Shown in pieces: positions 35,514-45,920 of a stretch of DNA of 64,000 nucleotides. Below the pieces are notes generated by a model. The model made no database searches, had not been told where the DNA came from, and saw only the letters and a program-made list of their open reading frames with translations. Made by a program: the position numbers and the translations under genes. This DNA comes from Gaiellales bacterium (GTDB lineage: Bacteria; Actinomycetota; Thermoleophilia; Gaiellales; JAICJC01): positions 1,924 to 65,923 of the forward strand of contig DATIOK010000055.1 in the NCBI GenBank assembly GCA_035473255.1, in the 5' to 3' direction. Numbering within the stretch: the stretch's first letter is position 1; each line of letters starts with the position of its first letter.

Positions 35514-36283
35514 TCCTGCGGCCCGATCCGCGCGGAACGCTGGCCATCGGACAGCCGGCGCACGCGTGGCTCTCGGGCCGCCTGGCCGAAGCCTGGCGCT
35601 GGCCGTTCGCGCCGCTCGACGCCGTGCGCCTGGCGGCGCTCCAGCACGACATCGGGATGGCCGCCTGGGACGCGGCACCGGTGCTCGACCCGCGCTCGGG
35701 CCTCCCCTACTCCTTCACGTCGATGCCACGGGCGATGCACGTCGAGCTGTGGAGCCGGGCAGCGCGGCTGATGGTCGCCCAGAGCGGGTACGCGGCGCTG
35801 CTGGTGTCGATGCACGGAACCGGCCTCTACGAGCGATACGTCTCGGAGCAGGAGCGGGCGGCTGAGCCGGTGCGCGGCTACCTCGCGGACGAGTACGCCT
35901 TCCAGCGGCGGCTGCGCGAGTCGCTCGGGGCCGATGCGGCGGACGTCGCACGTAACGCGGCGCTGCTGCGCTGCTGGGACTGGCTGTCGCTGTTCCTCTG
36001 CACCGGAGCCGACCAGCAGGCGGCGTTCACCGCCGTCCCCACCGACGGCGAAGCGGCCGACCTGGACCTGCGCTGGAACGACGATGCGCGCACGCAGGCG
36101 GCGCTTCAGCCGTGGCCGTTCGCAGACACGGCGCTGGGACTGCGGGTCGAGGCGCGACTGCTGGACGGCACGTACCCCGACCAGGCGTCGCTCGACGCCG
36201 CGATCGCCGGCGCGCCGCTGGAGGTGCTCACGCTGGTGCTGCGCCCGGGATCAGCCGGTCAAGCATGTCTTCCGCCGCCGTGA
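35510..36283 (+). CDS. DUF3891-like protein
   Basis: Q..HAWLSGRLA, HDIG, YAALLVSMH, WDWLSL, PWPF (recall of family). Confidence 0.7.
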   Translation: MILRPDPRGTLAIGQPAHAWLSGRLAEAWRWPFAPLDAVRLAALQHDIGMAAWDAAPVLDPRSGLPYSFTSMPRAMHVELWSRAARLMVAQSGYAALLVSMHGTGLYERYVSEQERAAEPVRGYLADEYAFQRRLRESLGADAADVARNAALLRCWDWLSLFLCTGADQQAAFTAVPTDGEAADLDLRWNDDARTQAALQPWPFADTALGLRVEARLLDGTYPDQASLDAAIAGAPLEVLTLVLRPGSAGQACLPPP

Positions 36284-37499
36284 TGTCGTTCACCAGCGGA
36301 TGCGCCATCATCGCCCGCAGCGCCAGCGCGCGGTCGCCCGTGACGGCCGCCTCGGAGGCCAGCCGGGCATGGGCGGTCAGCTGCAGCACCAGGCCCGCGA
36401 CCTGCTCGGGCATCGGCCCCATCCGGTGGCGCTCGATGTCGAGGCCGCGCAGCGTGCACGGCACCTCCACGATCGCGTCATCAGGCAGGCCGTCGATGGC
36501 TCCCCGGTTGGGCACGTTCAGCACGAACCGGCGCGGCTCGCCGGACAGCACCGCCGCCATCACGCCCACCGCGAAGTCGCCGTGCTCGGCGCTGAAGCGC
36601 CCGCCGAGCGGGCGGGGATCATCGCTGTCGGCCTGCTCGCGGTAGCTGGCCAGGATCGGTGGCAGCTCGGCCATGATCTCCTGGGCGCGGGTGCGGCCGC
36701 TGCGACGGTACCGCTCCAGCATCTCGTCGTGCATCGCGTAGTAGCCCAGGTAGCGGCTCGGGATCAGGCCATACAGCGGGAACAGCCGCACCACCGGCAC
36801 CCAGTAGTCGCTGTCGACGTCGGCCGGGTCGAGCGCCTCCAGCAGCTTGAACACGAGCCCGGTCACGTCCTCGCCGCGCACGCGGACGGCGCGCGTCCAG
36901 GTGAGGTGGTTGGTGCCCCAGATGTCGGTCTCGATGTCGTGCGGATCGGCGCCGAGCAGGCCGGCCAGGAACGCGATCTCGCCGCCGTGCTGGTCGCACA
37001 GCCCGATCGCGTTCACCCCGCCATGGCGGACGAGCGCGTCGGTCACGAGCTGCACGGGGTTCGTGTAGTTCAGGAGCAGCGCTCCGTCCGCGGCGCCGCG
37101 GCGCATGCCGGCCGCGATCTCGAGCACGGCCGGGATCGACCGCATGGCCATGGCCATGCCGCCGGGGCCCGTCGTCTCCTGGCCGATCACCCCATACTCG
37201 GGCGGGATCGATTCGTCGCGATGGCGCGCCTCCAGCCCGCCCGGCCGGAAGCTGGTGAGTACGAAGTCGGCGCCGTGCAGGGCCTGCTGCAGGTCTCCGG
37301 TGGACGTCACCTCGAGCGGTGCCGCGGCGTGCGCGCGCAGGATCGAGCCGGTCAGGCGGCTCTGCACGTCGAGCGCATCCGGGTCGATGTCGTGCAGCAC
37401 GAGGGTCGATCCTGCGAACCGCTGGGACTCGCGGGCAAAGCTGAACGCGAGCCCCGGCATGTATGCGGAGCCGCCCCCGATGATGGCGATCCGGGCCAT
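36228..37499 (-). CDS. Glycoside hydrolase family 4 (CsnH/6-phospho-beta-glucosidase-like), copy 1
   Basis: IIGGGS, GQETTGPGG, NYTNP, GLCD, GTNH, PSRYLGYY. Confidence 0.9.
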   Translation of the reverse strand: MARIAIIGGGSAYMPGLAFSFARESQRFAGSTLVLHDIDPDALDVQSRLTGSILRAHAAAPLEVTSTGDLQQALHGADFVLTSFRPGGLEARHRDESIPPEYGVIGQETTGPGGMAMAMRSIPAVLEIAAGMRRGAADGALLLNYTNPVQLVTDALVRHGGVNAIGLCDQHGGEIAFLAGLLGADPHDIETDIWGTNHLTWTRAVRVRGEDVTGLVFKLLEALDPADVDSDYWVPVVRLFPLYGLIPSRYLGYYAMHDEMLERYRRSGRTRAQEIMAELPPILASYREQADSDDPRPLGGRFSAEHGDFAVGVMAAVLSGEPRRFVLNVPNRGAIDGLPDDAIVEVPCTLRGLDIERHRMGPMPEQVAGLVLQLTAHARLASEAAVTGDRALALRAMMAHPLVNDITAAEDMLDRLIPGAAPA

Positions 37500-37925
37500 G
37501 GGACAACCGTCCTAGGGCACGGCCCACAACATCTCGACCTGCCGGACGGAGAGGCTCGTCTTGACGTAGCTGGGCTCGTTCGCGAAGGCTCCGTAAATAC
37601 CCAGGAACGCGATCGCGGCACCACACACGGCCACGACGCGACAGGCCATCATCACGGAACGCGCCCGCATCGGCAACCCCCCATGACGTAAGCGTACAGA
37701 GCCAGACGGCATAATGGCTGCATGAAAAAAATGGGCGTCCCAACCAACCCGATTCCGCATGTTCAAGCGGTTGTCCTTGCCGTAGATGTCGTGGAATCGC
37801 GTGCTGGTGTGGTCCCTGTGTGGTCTCGTGACCGGGCAACTATCGTTGCGGATCGAGTGGCCGGAGCATAGGGTCGCGACACGTCCCAGGGTTCAGGAGC
37901 GGCGCATCTGGAGAGGGGCGACGGA

Positions 37926-38090
37926 TTGGGTGGAGTCGGCATCGTCTGCCAGGAGTGCAAGGGCGAACTTCAAGAGGTGACGGGCCAGGGCGAGCAGCCC
38001 GGTTGGGCTCTCTGCCGGTGCGCAGGCGTCTACTGGGAGCGGCAGATGGACGGCTCTTACAGGCGCGTCGAGGGGAAGCAGCCGAGTTGA
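37926..38090 (+). CDS. Putative Zn-ribbon microprotein (54 aa)
   Basis: Manual translation from TTG 37926: ...IVCQECKGEL...WALCRCAGVYWERQMDG...; GGAGAGGGG upstream. Confidence 0.45.
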   Translation: MGGVGIVCQECKGELQEVTGQGEQPGWALCRCAGVYWERQMDGSYRRVEGKQPS

Positions 38091-38268
38091 ACGACCAGCA
38101 TCGCCAGGAAACTGCTCCGCTCGTCGGCCGCCTTCGCGACGGCGCGGCTCGCGTTCGCTAACGCGATCGTGATCGCGCAGCGGGCCGGCGAGACCGACGA
38201 AGAGATCGCGCACGTCACCGGGTACACGGTGCCGGATGATCCGCGCCGTGCTCCGCACCCCGGCCTAG
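38087..38268 (+). pseudogene. Small HTH-like gene with an apparent +1 frameshift
   Basis: ...AQRAGETDEEIAHVTGYTVP; removing one G at CCGGATG gives MIRAVLRTPA* (TAG 38266-38268). Confidence 0.35.
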
Positions 38269-38292
38269 GCGCACGTGGCGTAAGGTCTGGCA

Positions 38293-38517
38293 ATGGAGAT
38301 CCCTGGCGCACCCATCGACCGAGTCGATTGTTGCACCACCCAGGAGTACCACATCGGGCACCAGGGCTCGATCTGCTTCGACAAGATCCCGGCGGTAGAG
38401 GATACGGCCAGTCTGAGGTCTGTGGTCGGAAAATGCCGATTCTGCGAGCACACCATCGTCGTGAAGCTCGATAAACGATCGGGCCGCTGGACGGTGTGGT
38501 CAACCCCTCCAATCTAG
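38293..38517 (+). CDS. Cys-rich microprotein
   Basis: 74 aa with CC, H, C and CRFC. Confidence 0.4.
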   Translation: MEIPGAPIDRVDCCTTQEYHIGHQGSICFDKIPAVEDTASLRSVVGKCRFCEHTIVVKLDKRSGRWTVWSTPPI

Positions 38518-39031
38518 GTCGGGTGTGCGCAGAATGTGCGCACCACGTCCGCGCCGGAATTACTGATGACCGTTCGGCGCGGGCACCGATGACAGTTCGC
38601 CGCGGGCGGGGGATGCTCCCAGGGTCGGCGGCGACGTCTTTGGGGTCGGCCCCACTTGAACGAGTGCAACGCCGTGAAGCAAGGGGCAGGCTGCCGCCGT
38701 CGACAGGTATCCCTAGATGTAGGACCTATGAGCCTGCGAGACGGCTGACGTTGTCTGGGCCTCCGACGAGCCTTGTGGTTGACGAAGAGACATCATGGTG
38801 ACCGTCACGGGGCGGTGCCGCGCCGGATGGAGGCGCCCGGCTCACTCGCCGATGCGTGGCCTTCCGAAGAAGCTCGACGGCGTGCCGATCGACTGGTGCC
38901 TGCTCCCGGCCGCACACTTCGACAGAACCGAAATCGAAGGGCTTGGTGCCGTCCTGGTGGTCTCGGTGTGGTCTCCACTCGACGTGACACGCTTCCAGCC
39001 CGCTCCCAGAGCGAAGCGGCATAATCGCCGC

Positions 39032-39832
39032 ATGAAGCTGCCGCTCCCGGTGCCGGCACCCTACGACTTCGAGCGCTCGACCTTCCGGTTCCGGATGTTC
39101 GGCGACGACCTGGCCAGCCGCTGGCAGGGTGGCGGCTTGCATCGAGTGTTGGGGTCGGGCCTGCCGGTTCGCATCGAGGCCGATGGGCTCACGGCCTACG
39201 GCTCATACACCGACCGCGACCGCGACGAGGTGGCGCACCTGCTCGGGGCGGGCTTCGACATCGACGCGTTCGCGCAGGCGTTTCCGGCGCTCGCGGCCCG
39301 TGCACCAGGATTTCGGCCGCCGCTGCTGGCCGATCCGTTCGAAGCGATGGTGACCGCCGTCACCGCTCAGCAGATCTCGCTGCGGGCCGCAGCGGTGATG
39401 CGCGCGGCGCTGGTGCGACGGCTGGGGCAGCGCATCGACCAGGACGGTTTCGAGTGGTGGCGTTTCCCACAGCAGCACGACGTGCGCGGCGCCGACCTGG
39501 CCGGCCTCAAGCTGTCGGCGATGAAGATGCGGTCGATCGCAGCGCTGGCAGACGCCGACCTGGACGTCGCTCATCTCGACAACGACGCGGTGATTGCGCA
39601 CGTGACACGGCTGCCCGGAATCGGACGCTGGACGGCCGACTGGCTGCTGGCGCGTTGCCTGGGGCGGCCCGATGTTGTCGCGGCGGGCGATCTGGCCGTG
39701 CGGAAGGTGGTGGCGGCCTGGTTCTCCGACGATCCGATCTGGCCGGAGCAGCGCGTTCGCGAGGCGATGGCCCCTTTCGGTGAGCATACGAGTCTGGCCG
39801 TGCACTACATGCTGACCCCCGTCGGCGGCTGA
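39032..39832 (+). CDS. alkA: DNA-3-methyladenine glycosylase II (HhH-GPD)
   Basis: DPFEAMVTAVTAQQIS, LPGIGRWTA, DLAVR; leaderless -10 CATAAT before ATG 39032. Confidence 0.9.
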   Translation: MKLPLPVPAPYDFERSTFRFRMFGDDLASRWQGGGLHRVLGSGLPVRIEADGLTAYGSYTDRDRDEVAHLLGAGFDIDAFAQAFPALAARAPGFRPPLLADPFEAMVTAVTAQQISLRAAAVMRAALVRRLGQRIDQDGFEWWRFPQQHDVRGADLAGLKLSAMKMRSIAALADADLDVAHLDNDAVIAHVTRLPGIGRWTADWLLARCLGRPDVVAAGDLAVRKVVAAWFSDDPIWPEQRVREAMAPFGEHTSLAVHYMLTPVGG

Positions 39833-39878
39833 ACTGGCGTCGCCGATCGCGACCGTGGTGCTGGTCGCGCCATGGTCC

Positions 39879-40703
39879 TCACCCACCTGCGATCGCAAGC
39901 ACCCCGGCCAGCGCCAAGCCGACCCCGGCCCGCTGACCACTGCTGAGGCGCTCGTGCAGCCGCACGTGCGCCAGCGCGACCGTGACCAGGGGAAACAGCG
40001 ATCCCAGCACCGCCACGATGCTGAGGTAGCCGTGCGTCGTTGCCACCGCGAATCCAGCGTTGGCGGTGACGTCCAGCAACCCGACCAGCACGAGGGCGGG
40101 CAGCGCGGCGCGCGCGAACGCCGGCCGCACGACCAGGGCCGCGGCGGCGAACACGGTGACGGAGGTGAGCCGCGCCGTGGCAACGCCCCACAGCGGATCG
40201 GCGCGGGCGGCGTGATCGAGCGCAACCAGCTGCAGCCCCAGCGCCAGCGCAGCCACCAGCGCCAGCGTCACCCCGGCGCCGCGGACGGTGCCTCCCCCGG
40301 CCGAGGGCTCGCGTGATACCAGGGCGACACCGGCCAGAGCGGCAGCGATGCCGGCCAGCTGCACGGCGCTCGGCCGCTCGCCGGTGGCCAGCCCCACCAC
40401 GACCGGCACGACCGCGCTGGTGGCGAGAATCGGCGCCGCCACGCTGATCGCTCCCAGCGTCATGGAGCGGTAGAACGACGAGACCGCCACCACCCCGGCC
40501 AGACCGGCCAGCACGCCGGGTAGCGCCGTCCCTGAGTCGTAGCCTCCGCTGCGGACCGCGGCCACCACCACGACTCCCGCCAGGCCCACGGCCTGGCTGA
40601 CCAGCACCACCACCAGCAGCGGATGGCGGCGGCTGAGCGACCCGCCCATGAAATCCGCCACGCCCCAGCACAGCGAGGCGATCAACGCCAGCGCTACCGC
40701 CAT
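39879..40703 (-). CDS. EamA/DMT family transporter
   Basis: WGVADFMGG, 10 hydrophobic segments, SLFPLVTV, LHERL. Confidence 0.85.
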   Translation of the reverse strand: MAVALALIASLCWGVADFMGGSLSRRHPLLVVVLVSQAVGLAGVVVVAAVRSGGYDSGTALPGVLAGLAGVVAVSSFYRSMTLGAISVAAPILATSAVVPVVVGLATGERPSAVQLAGIAAALAGVALVSREPSAGGGTVRGAGVTLALVAALALGLQLVALDHAARADPLWGVATARLTSVTVFAAAALVVRPAFARAALPALVLVGLLDVTANAGFAVATTHGYLSIVAVLGSLFPLVTVALAHVRLHERLSSGQRAGVGLALAGVLAIAGG

Positions 40704-40713
40704 GCGCGCACCG

Positions 40714-41676
40714 CTATCTGAACGCCGTCACCAGGCTGCGGCCGATGCGATCGTGCACCTCCGACGTGGGGCGGCTGCCACGCTGCTCGAGCGCGATCAG
40801 CACCGCGCCCACCACCGGCGGCGCCTCCAGCCTGGTCAGAAGCGCGGTCGGCACCTCGGCGGCGATGCGCTGCTCGAGCCGCTCGCTGCGGCCGTGGAAC
40901 AGGCCGCCGCTCATCACCAGCTCGAACGGCTCGTCATCCATCGACAGCCTGGATGCGACCACCCGCGCCGCCTCGCCAAGCTGCGCACCCGCCCAGTCCA
41001 CGATCTCGATCGCAACCTGGTCGCCGCGCTCGGCGTGGCGCAGCACCATCGGCGCCGCGTTGGCCTCGCGCTCGCCGCCGCGGCTGTACTCCTCCAATAG
41101 CTGAGCCACGGTGGCAGCGCCCATCAGCTCGCACAACCCCTCGCTCAGGGACGTGGCCGGACCGCGCCCGACGTACGCCCTCGCAACCGCCCGCAGGGCC
41201 GCCTCGCCGACGTCGGAGGCGCTGCCCTCGTCGCCCAGCAGCCTGCCCAGCCCGAGCGTGCGGTAGGTCTCGCCGGCGCTGTTGCGTCCTGCAGCAACGG
41301 TGCCGGTACCGGCGATCACCACCACCCCCCAGGGAGCCCGCACCCCTGCGCGGAGCGCGATGAAGGAGTCGTTCAGGATGGTCGGCGAAATGCCCAGCCG
41401 GAGTGCCTCGAACGCCCCCTCCAACCGGGGCACGTCGGACGGCCAATCGACACCGGCGAGGCCGAACACGGCCGCCTCCAGCTCGGAACGAGGCAGGCCG
41501 GTGCCGTCCATGGCGCGTTCGATCGCGTCGCCGACGCTGTCCGATGCTCCTCGCAGCCCCACCGTCTCCCAGTTGCTGGGGCCGGCGGTGCCGGCGCCGA
41601 TCAGCGTGCCGTTCTCGTCGCAGATTGCGGCGTGCGTCTTGGAGCCGCCGCCGTCGACACCCAGGACGGCCGTCAC
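40714..41676 (-). CDS. BadF/BadG-type amino-sugar kinase (CsnK/NagK-like), copy 1
   Basis: GVDGGGSKT, GLAGVD, ND, IAGTG, GDEGS, SGG. Confidence 0.88.
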   Translation of the reverse strand: MTAVLGVDGGGSKTHAAICDENGTLIGAGTAGPSNWETVGLRGASDSVGDAIERAMDGTGLPRSELEAAVFGLAGVDWPSDVPRLEGAFEALRLGISPTILNDSFIALRAGVRAPWGVVVIAGTGTVAAGRNSAGETYRTLGLGRLLGDEGSASDVGEAALRAVARAYVGRGPATSLSEGLCELMGAATVAQLLEEYSRGGEREANAAPMVLRHAERGDQVAIEIVDWAGAQLGEAARVVASRLSMDDEPFELVMSGGLFHGRSERLEQRIAAEVPTALLTRLEAPPVVGAVLIALEQRGSRPTSEVHDRIGRSLVTAFR

Positions 41677-42611
41677 CGGATGCCCGCCGATCGGTACGCG
41701 CGCTCGACGGCGTCCATCACAACTGCCCCGTCCTCACCGCTGGGCCGCGGCTGCCGGCCCGCCGACACCGCGTCGATGAACTCCGCCACCTGGGCGCTGT
41801 ACATCGGCTGCGCGCAGTGCTCGTAGCCCTCCGGGCCTTCCGTGAAATCCCATATGCGAGCGTACCCGGCCGTGCCATACACCTCGGTATCGGCCTCCAG
41901 ACCGGCGAGATGAGGGTGCCACCATCCCGACTCGACCAGCGAGCTGGTGCCGTTCGCCCATCCGATCAGGAGCAGCCCGTCGTCGTCCACCGGATAGTCG
42001 CCGTAGCGCGTGGCGATGCGGGCGCAGACGGTCTCCAGGGCCGGGTCGCCGAGCAGGAACCGCACCGTGTCGATGGCGTGGACGCCCATGTCCAGCAGCG
42101 CGCCACCACCGGCCAGCTCGGGGTCGGTGAACCACCCCGACGGGCCCCAGCCCGCGTGCACGCCGTAGCCGCGGGTCTTGGTGATCTCGCCCAGCTCGCC
42201 GCCCGCGATCCGCGCCCGTAAGGCGCGCACGTCGTCGTGGAAGCGCCAGCAGTGCGCCACCATCAGCTGCCTGCCGGACGCCGCCGCGGCCCGGTTCATG
42301 GCATCGGCCTCGGCCAGCGTGCGGGCCATCGGCTTCTCCACCAGCACGTGCTTTCCGGCCTCGAGGCAGGCGATCGTTTGCGGGGCGTGCAGGGCGTTGG
42401 GCGTGCCGATGATGACGGCGTCCACGTCGGGGTCGGCGGCCAGCTCTCGCCAGTCGGTGGTGGTGCGGGGGATGCCGTGCCGCTCGGCCAGGGACCGCAG
42501 CGATGCCTCGCGCCAGTTCGCGGCCGCCACCAGCTCGCCGCCGGGGTGCTCGAGCACGCCACGGGCGTGGAAGTCCATGATCCAACCGGAGCCGAACAGG
42601 GCGATGCGCAC
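41673..42611 (-). CDS. Gfo/Idh/MocA oxidoreductase
   Basis: GTPNALH, HVLVEKPMA, GGGALLDMGVHAID. Confidence 0.92.
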   Translation of the reverse strand: MRIALFGSGWIMDFHARGVLEHPGGELVAAANWREASLRSLAERHGIPRTTTDWRELAADPDVDAVIIGTPNALHAPQTIACLEAGKHVLVEKPMARTLAEADAMNRAAAASGRQLMVAHCWRFHDDVRALRARIAGGELGEITKTRGYGVHAGWGPSGWFTDPELAGGGALLDMGVHAIDTVRFLLGDPALETVCARIATRYGDYPVDDDGLLLIGWANGTSSLVESGWWHPHLAGLEADTEVYGTAGYARIWDFTEGPEGYEHCAQPMYSAQVAEFIDAVSAGRQPRPSGEDGAVVMDAVERAYRSAGIR

Positions 42612-42620
42612 CGGGGCAAC

Positions 42621-43529
42621 CTACCCCTTGACGCCGGTCAGCGTGATCCCTTCGATAAAGACGCGCTGGGCCAGGAAGAAGATCACGATCACGGGCAGCA
42701 TGAAGATCAGTGCCGCGGCCATCGTCAGGTTCCAGTCGACGTGATGGAGGCTGCGGAACGACGACAGCGCCACCGACAGCGTCTGGGCGTCCTGGTTGGA
42801 GGCGAGGTAGACGAGCGGTCCGTAGAAGTCGTTCCAGGCGTAGATGAAGTTGAACAGCGCGACCGCGACGATCGCCGGCTTGGCCAGCGGGATGATCACG
42901 CGCCAGAGGACCTGAAGGTGCCCGCCGCCGTCGACGCGGATGGCGTCGGTCAGCTCCTTGGGGATGGTGAGGAAAAACTGCCGCAGGAGGAAGATCGAGA
43001 AGGCGTCGCCGAAGAAGCTGGGAATGATTAGGGGCTTGAGCGTTCCTATGAACTGGATCCCGGTCCACTCGTGGAACTGCTTGGCCCACAGGATGTAGAG
43101 CGGGATGGACGTCACCTGGGTGGGCAGCATCAGCGTCGAGAGCACGAGCAGGAAGACGATGTTCCGCCCCCGCCAGTCGATCCGCGAAAAGGCGTAGGCA
43201 ACCGGAACGCAGCTGCAGACCACGCCCACGGTCGACAGCCCGGCGTAGAGGAAGGTATTCCAGAGGTACCGCCAGACGTTGATCTCGTCGAACACCGTCT
43301 TGAAGTTCGACCACACGAACGGATGGGGCCAGATGCTACCCGTGAGCGCCTGGTCGTTCGACTGCACGGCCGTGAAGAACATGTAGATGATGGGGAACAT
43401 GAACAGCGCCGACACGCCGATCAGCACCGAGTGATTGGCCACGGCGAGAAGGAACCGCTTGCGCCGCACGGCGGCCGGGCGACGGCGGGCGGCCGGGATC
43501 GGCCGGGTCGGCTGGGCGACTTCGGCTAT
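42621..43529 (-). CDS. Carbohydrate ABC permease (CsnG-like); start uncertain (ATA 43529 or GTG 43469)
   Basis: YAFSRIDWRGR, RQFFLTIPKEL, EAA-like DAIRVDGG, WNDF. Confidence 0.9.
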   Translation of the reverse strand: MAEVAQPTRPIPAARRRPAAVRRKRFLLAVANHSVLIGVSALFMFPIIYMFFTAVQSNDQALTGSIWPHPFVWSNFKTVFDEINVWRYLWNTFLYAGLSTVGVVCSCVPVAYAFSRIDWRGRNIVFLLVLSTLMLPTQVTSIPLYILWAKQFHEWTGIQFIGTLKPLIIPSFFGDAFSIFLLRQFFLTIPKELTDAIRVDGGGHLQVLWRVIIPLAKPAIVAVALFNFIYAWNDFYGPLVYLASNQDAQTLSVALSSFRSLHHVDWNLTMAAALIFMLPVIVIFFLAQRVFIEGITLTGVKG

Positions 43530-44530
43530 GACAGGCCTCCGCCGTAGTGCACCCAGCGCCGCGACGTGAGAAGCAGGATGGCCGTCAGCACCATCGTCGC
43601 GATGAACAGGATCCAGGCCATCGCGGCGGCGTAGCCCATGTGGAAGTACGTGAACGCCTGCTCGTACAGCCACACCGAATAGAACAGGAGCGAGTTCTGC
43701 GGGGAGCCGACGCCGTTGCCGGTAGTGGTGGCGCTGACGTAGGCCTGGTCGAAGTACTGGAAGCCCTCGATGATCCCGATGATCAGCGTGAAGAAGATCA
43801 CCGGCGTCAACATGGGGAACGTCACGTAGCGGAAGCGCTGCCAGGCATTCGCGCCCTCGACCGAGATCGCCTCGTAGAGATCGCGCGGCACGTTCAGCAG
43901 CCCGGCCAGGTAGAGCACGATCGCATCACCGATGCCCCACAGCCCAAGCACCACGAGCGCCGGCTTGGCCCACGTCGGGTCGAAGAACCAGAGCGGCCCG
44001 TTGATGCCAAGATGGCCGAGGAACTGGTTGATCGGCCCGGTCACCGGGTTGAACAGGTACACGAAGACCAGCGACGCGCCGACCGTCGGAGCCATCGAGG
44101 GCATGAAGAAGAGCGTTCGGTAGCCGTTGACACCGCGCTTCGGCCGGGTCAGCAACATCGCCGTTGCGATCGCGAACACGATCCGCAGCGGCAGGCCTAC
44201 CACGATGATCCAGATCGTGTTCCTGACGGCCGTCCCGAAGTACGGGTCGCCCTGATTCGGCTGGCCGTTCAGGGTCAGCTTCCCGATCATGTAGCGATAG
44301 TTGTCGAGCCCGATCCAGCGCGGGCTCGAGATCAGGTCGTAGTGGGTGAACGAGTAGTAGAGGCTGAGCAGCATCGGCCCCGCCGTGAACACGACGAAGC
44401 CGAAGATCCACGGCGACAGGAACAGCAGCACCGTGCCGTACTTCCGGAGCTGGGCGCGCCGCCGCGCACGCCGCCGCTCGGCCGGCGTGCGCGGCTGGTA
44501 CCCCAGCGCCTGCGGGGCCGCGGTTGCTAC
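43526..44530 (-). CDS. Carbohydrate ABC permease (CsnF-like); start uncertain
   Basis: FLSPW, YRTLFFMP, LYEAISVEGA, GYAAAMAW; no canonical start near the expected 5' end (GTA 44530). Confidence 0.9.
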   Translation of the reverse strand, partial: VATAAPQALGYQPRTPAERRRARRRAQLRKYGTVLLFLSPWIFGFVVFTAGPMLLSLYYSFTHYDLISSPRWIGLDNYRYMIGKLTLNGQPNQGDPYFGTAVRNTIWIIVVGLPLRIVFAIATAMLLTRPKRGVNGYRTLFFMPSMAPTVGASLVFVYLFNPVTGPINQFLGHLGINGPLWFFDPTWAKPALVVLGLWGIGDAIVLYLAGLLNVPRDLYEAISVEGANAWQRFRYVTFPMLTPVIFFTLIIGIIEGFQYFDQAYVSATTTGNGVGSPQNSLLFYSVWLYEQAFTYFHMGYAAAMAWILFIATMVLTAILLLTSRRWVHYGGGLS

Positions 44531-45897
44531 GGCCCCGCCCCCTGGGCGAGATCGTTCGCTATCTGCTGATCCAGCGTCGCCAGCTGGGAGTGCAGGTCGG
44601 CATTGCTGATCTTGCCGGACTGCCACTTGTCCTCAAACGGGTCGAGCAGGTTTCCGTATCCGTTGCCAGATGGCGTGGTGGGCGGAGCAAAGGCCGACCT
44701 CGGGTTTGCCCAGACGTGCAGGAACGTGTCGAACTGCGGCGGCAGGTTCAGCTCCGGCGACTGCTGGGAGGCCGGCGTCGTCGGCACGTTGCCGACGCTG
44801 TTCGCCATCTGCACGAGGTAGGTGGTGTCGGAGGCGAGGAACTTCACCAGCAGCCACGCCTGGTCGGGATGATTCGCACCCTTGGGGATGCCCACGATCG
44901 TCCCGCCGACGCGGGCCGGCCCGTACATCTCGGGATGGTCGGAAGCGGCCGGAAACGGTGCAGTGTCGTAGTTGAGCGGTGGATGCTTGTCGCCCTTGAT
45001 GAACGCGGTTCGCCACTCGCCGTCGAACATCATCGCCACCTTGCCGTTCTCGAACGCGTTGCTGGGATTGAACTCGTTGTTCGTGTTGGCGGCGAAGAAC
45101 TTGACGATGTTGTCGTAGCCGTACCAGTCGATCAGCTGGCGCTGCCACATGAATGCGGACGCCCAGCCCGGATCCTGGGCGAGCTGCGGCTTGCCGCTGG
45201 AGTCGAACCACTTGGCGCCCCAGGCGTTTGCCAGATCGCCGGGCCCGAGCTGCTCCCACTGGTTGAGCGGGACGAAGCCCGCCACCTTGATCGTGCCGTC
45301 GGGATTGCGCACCGTCAGCTTCTTGGCGTCGGCCATCAGCTCGTCCATCGTCTTCGGCGGCCCGGCGATGCCGGCCTTGGCGAACATGTCCTTGTTGTAG
45401 TAGAGGCCGTAGGCGTCGGTCAGCGACGGCAGCGCGCACTGCTTGCCGCTGACGTTGGTGTAGGTGATGGCAGCCGGAGCGAAATCGTTGATGCTCATGC
45501 CGTCGGCCTTCATGTACGGCGCCAGGTCCTGCCAGAGGCCACCCGCGCACCACTGGCCGACGTAGTCGGGTCCGAACGGCATCGCCACGTCGGGCGGGTT
45601 GCCGCCGTTGATGGCGTTCACCAGGTTCGGGTCGAACGTGTCGTTGGGCGGGTTTGGCTGCACCTCTTCCTTGATCGTGATCCAGGGGTACTTCACCTGG
45701 AACCGCTTGAGCGCATCCTTGAACGGCTGAGCCTCCCTGCCGCTCCACATGTCCCACAGGACGATCGTGACCGGCGTCTTGTCGATCGTCCCGGCGGGGC
45801 CGCCTGAGCTGCTGGGGCTGGAGTTTCCCCCGCCGCAGCCTGCTGCAACAACCAGCAGGGCCAGCGAGCTCAGGGCGAGCAATCGCATTCGTCTCAT
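44527..45897 (-). CDS. Sugar ABC substrate-binding lipoprotein (CsnE-like)
   Basis: AGGAGG RBS, lipobox VAAGC, GNPPDV, LYYNKDMF, GKVAMMFDGEW. Confidence 0.92.
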   Translation of the reverse strand: MRRMRLLALSSLALLVVAAGCGGGNSSPSSSGGPAGTIDKTPVTIVLWDMWSGREAQPFKDALKRFQVKYPWITIKEEVQPNPPNDTFDPNLVNAINGGNPPDVAMPFGPDYVGQWCAGGLWQDLAPYMKADGMSINDFAPAAITYTNVSGKQCALPSLTDAYGLYYNKDMFAKAGIAGPPKTMDELMADAKKLTVRNPDGTIKVAGFVPLNQWEQLGPGDLANAWGAKWFDSSGKPQLAQDPGWASAFMWQRQLIDWYGYDNIVKFFAANTNNEFNPSNAFENGKVAMMFDGEWRTAFIKGDKHPPLNYDTAPFPAASDHPEMYGPARVGGTIVGIPKGANHPDQAWLLVKFLASDTTYLVQMANSVGNVPTTPASQQSPELNLPPQFDTFLHVWANPRSAFAPPTTPSGNGYGNLLDPFEDKWQSGKISNADLHSQLATLDQQIANDLAQGAGP

Positions 45898-45920
45898 CGG
45901 TGTGGCCTCCTGACCTTTCA

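Noticed and set aside
37500-39030. Prophage or integrative element call
   Set aside because: No integrase, structural genes, tRNA or direct repeats visible; kept only as a low-GC islet
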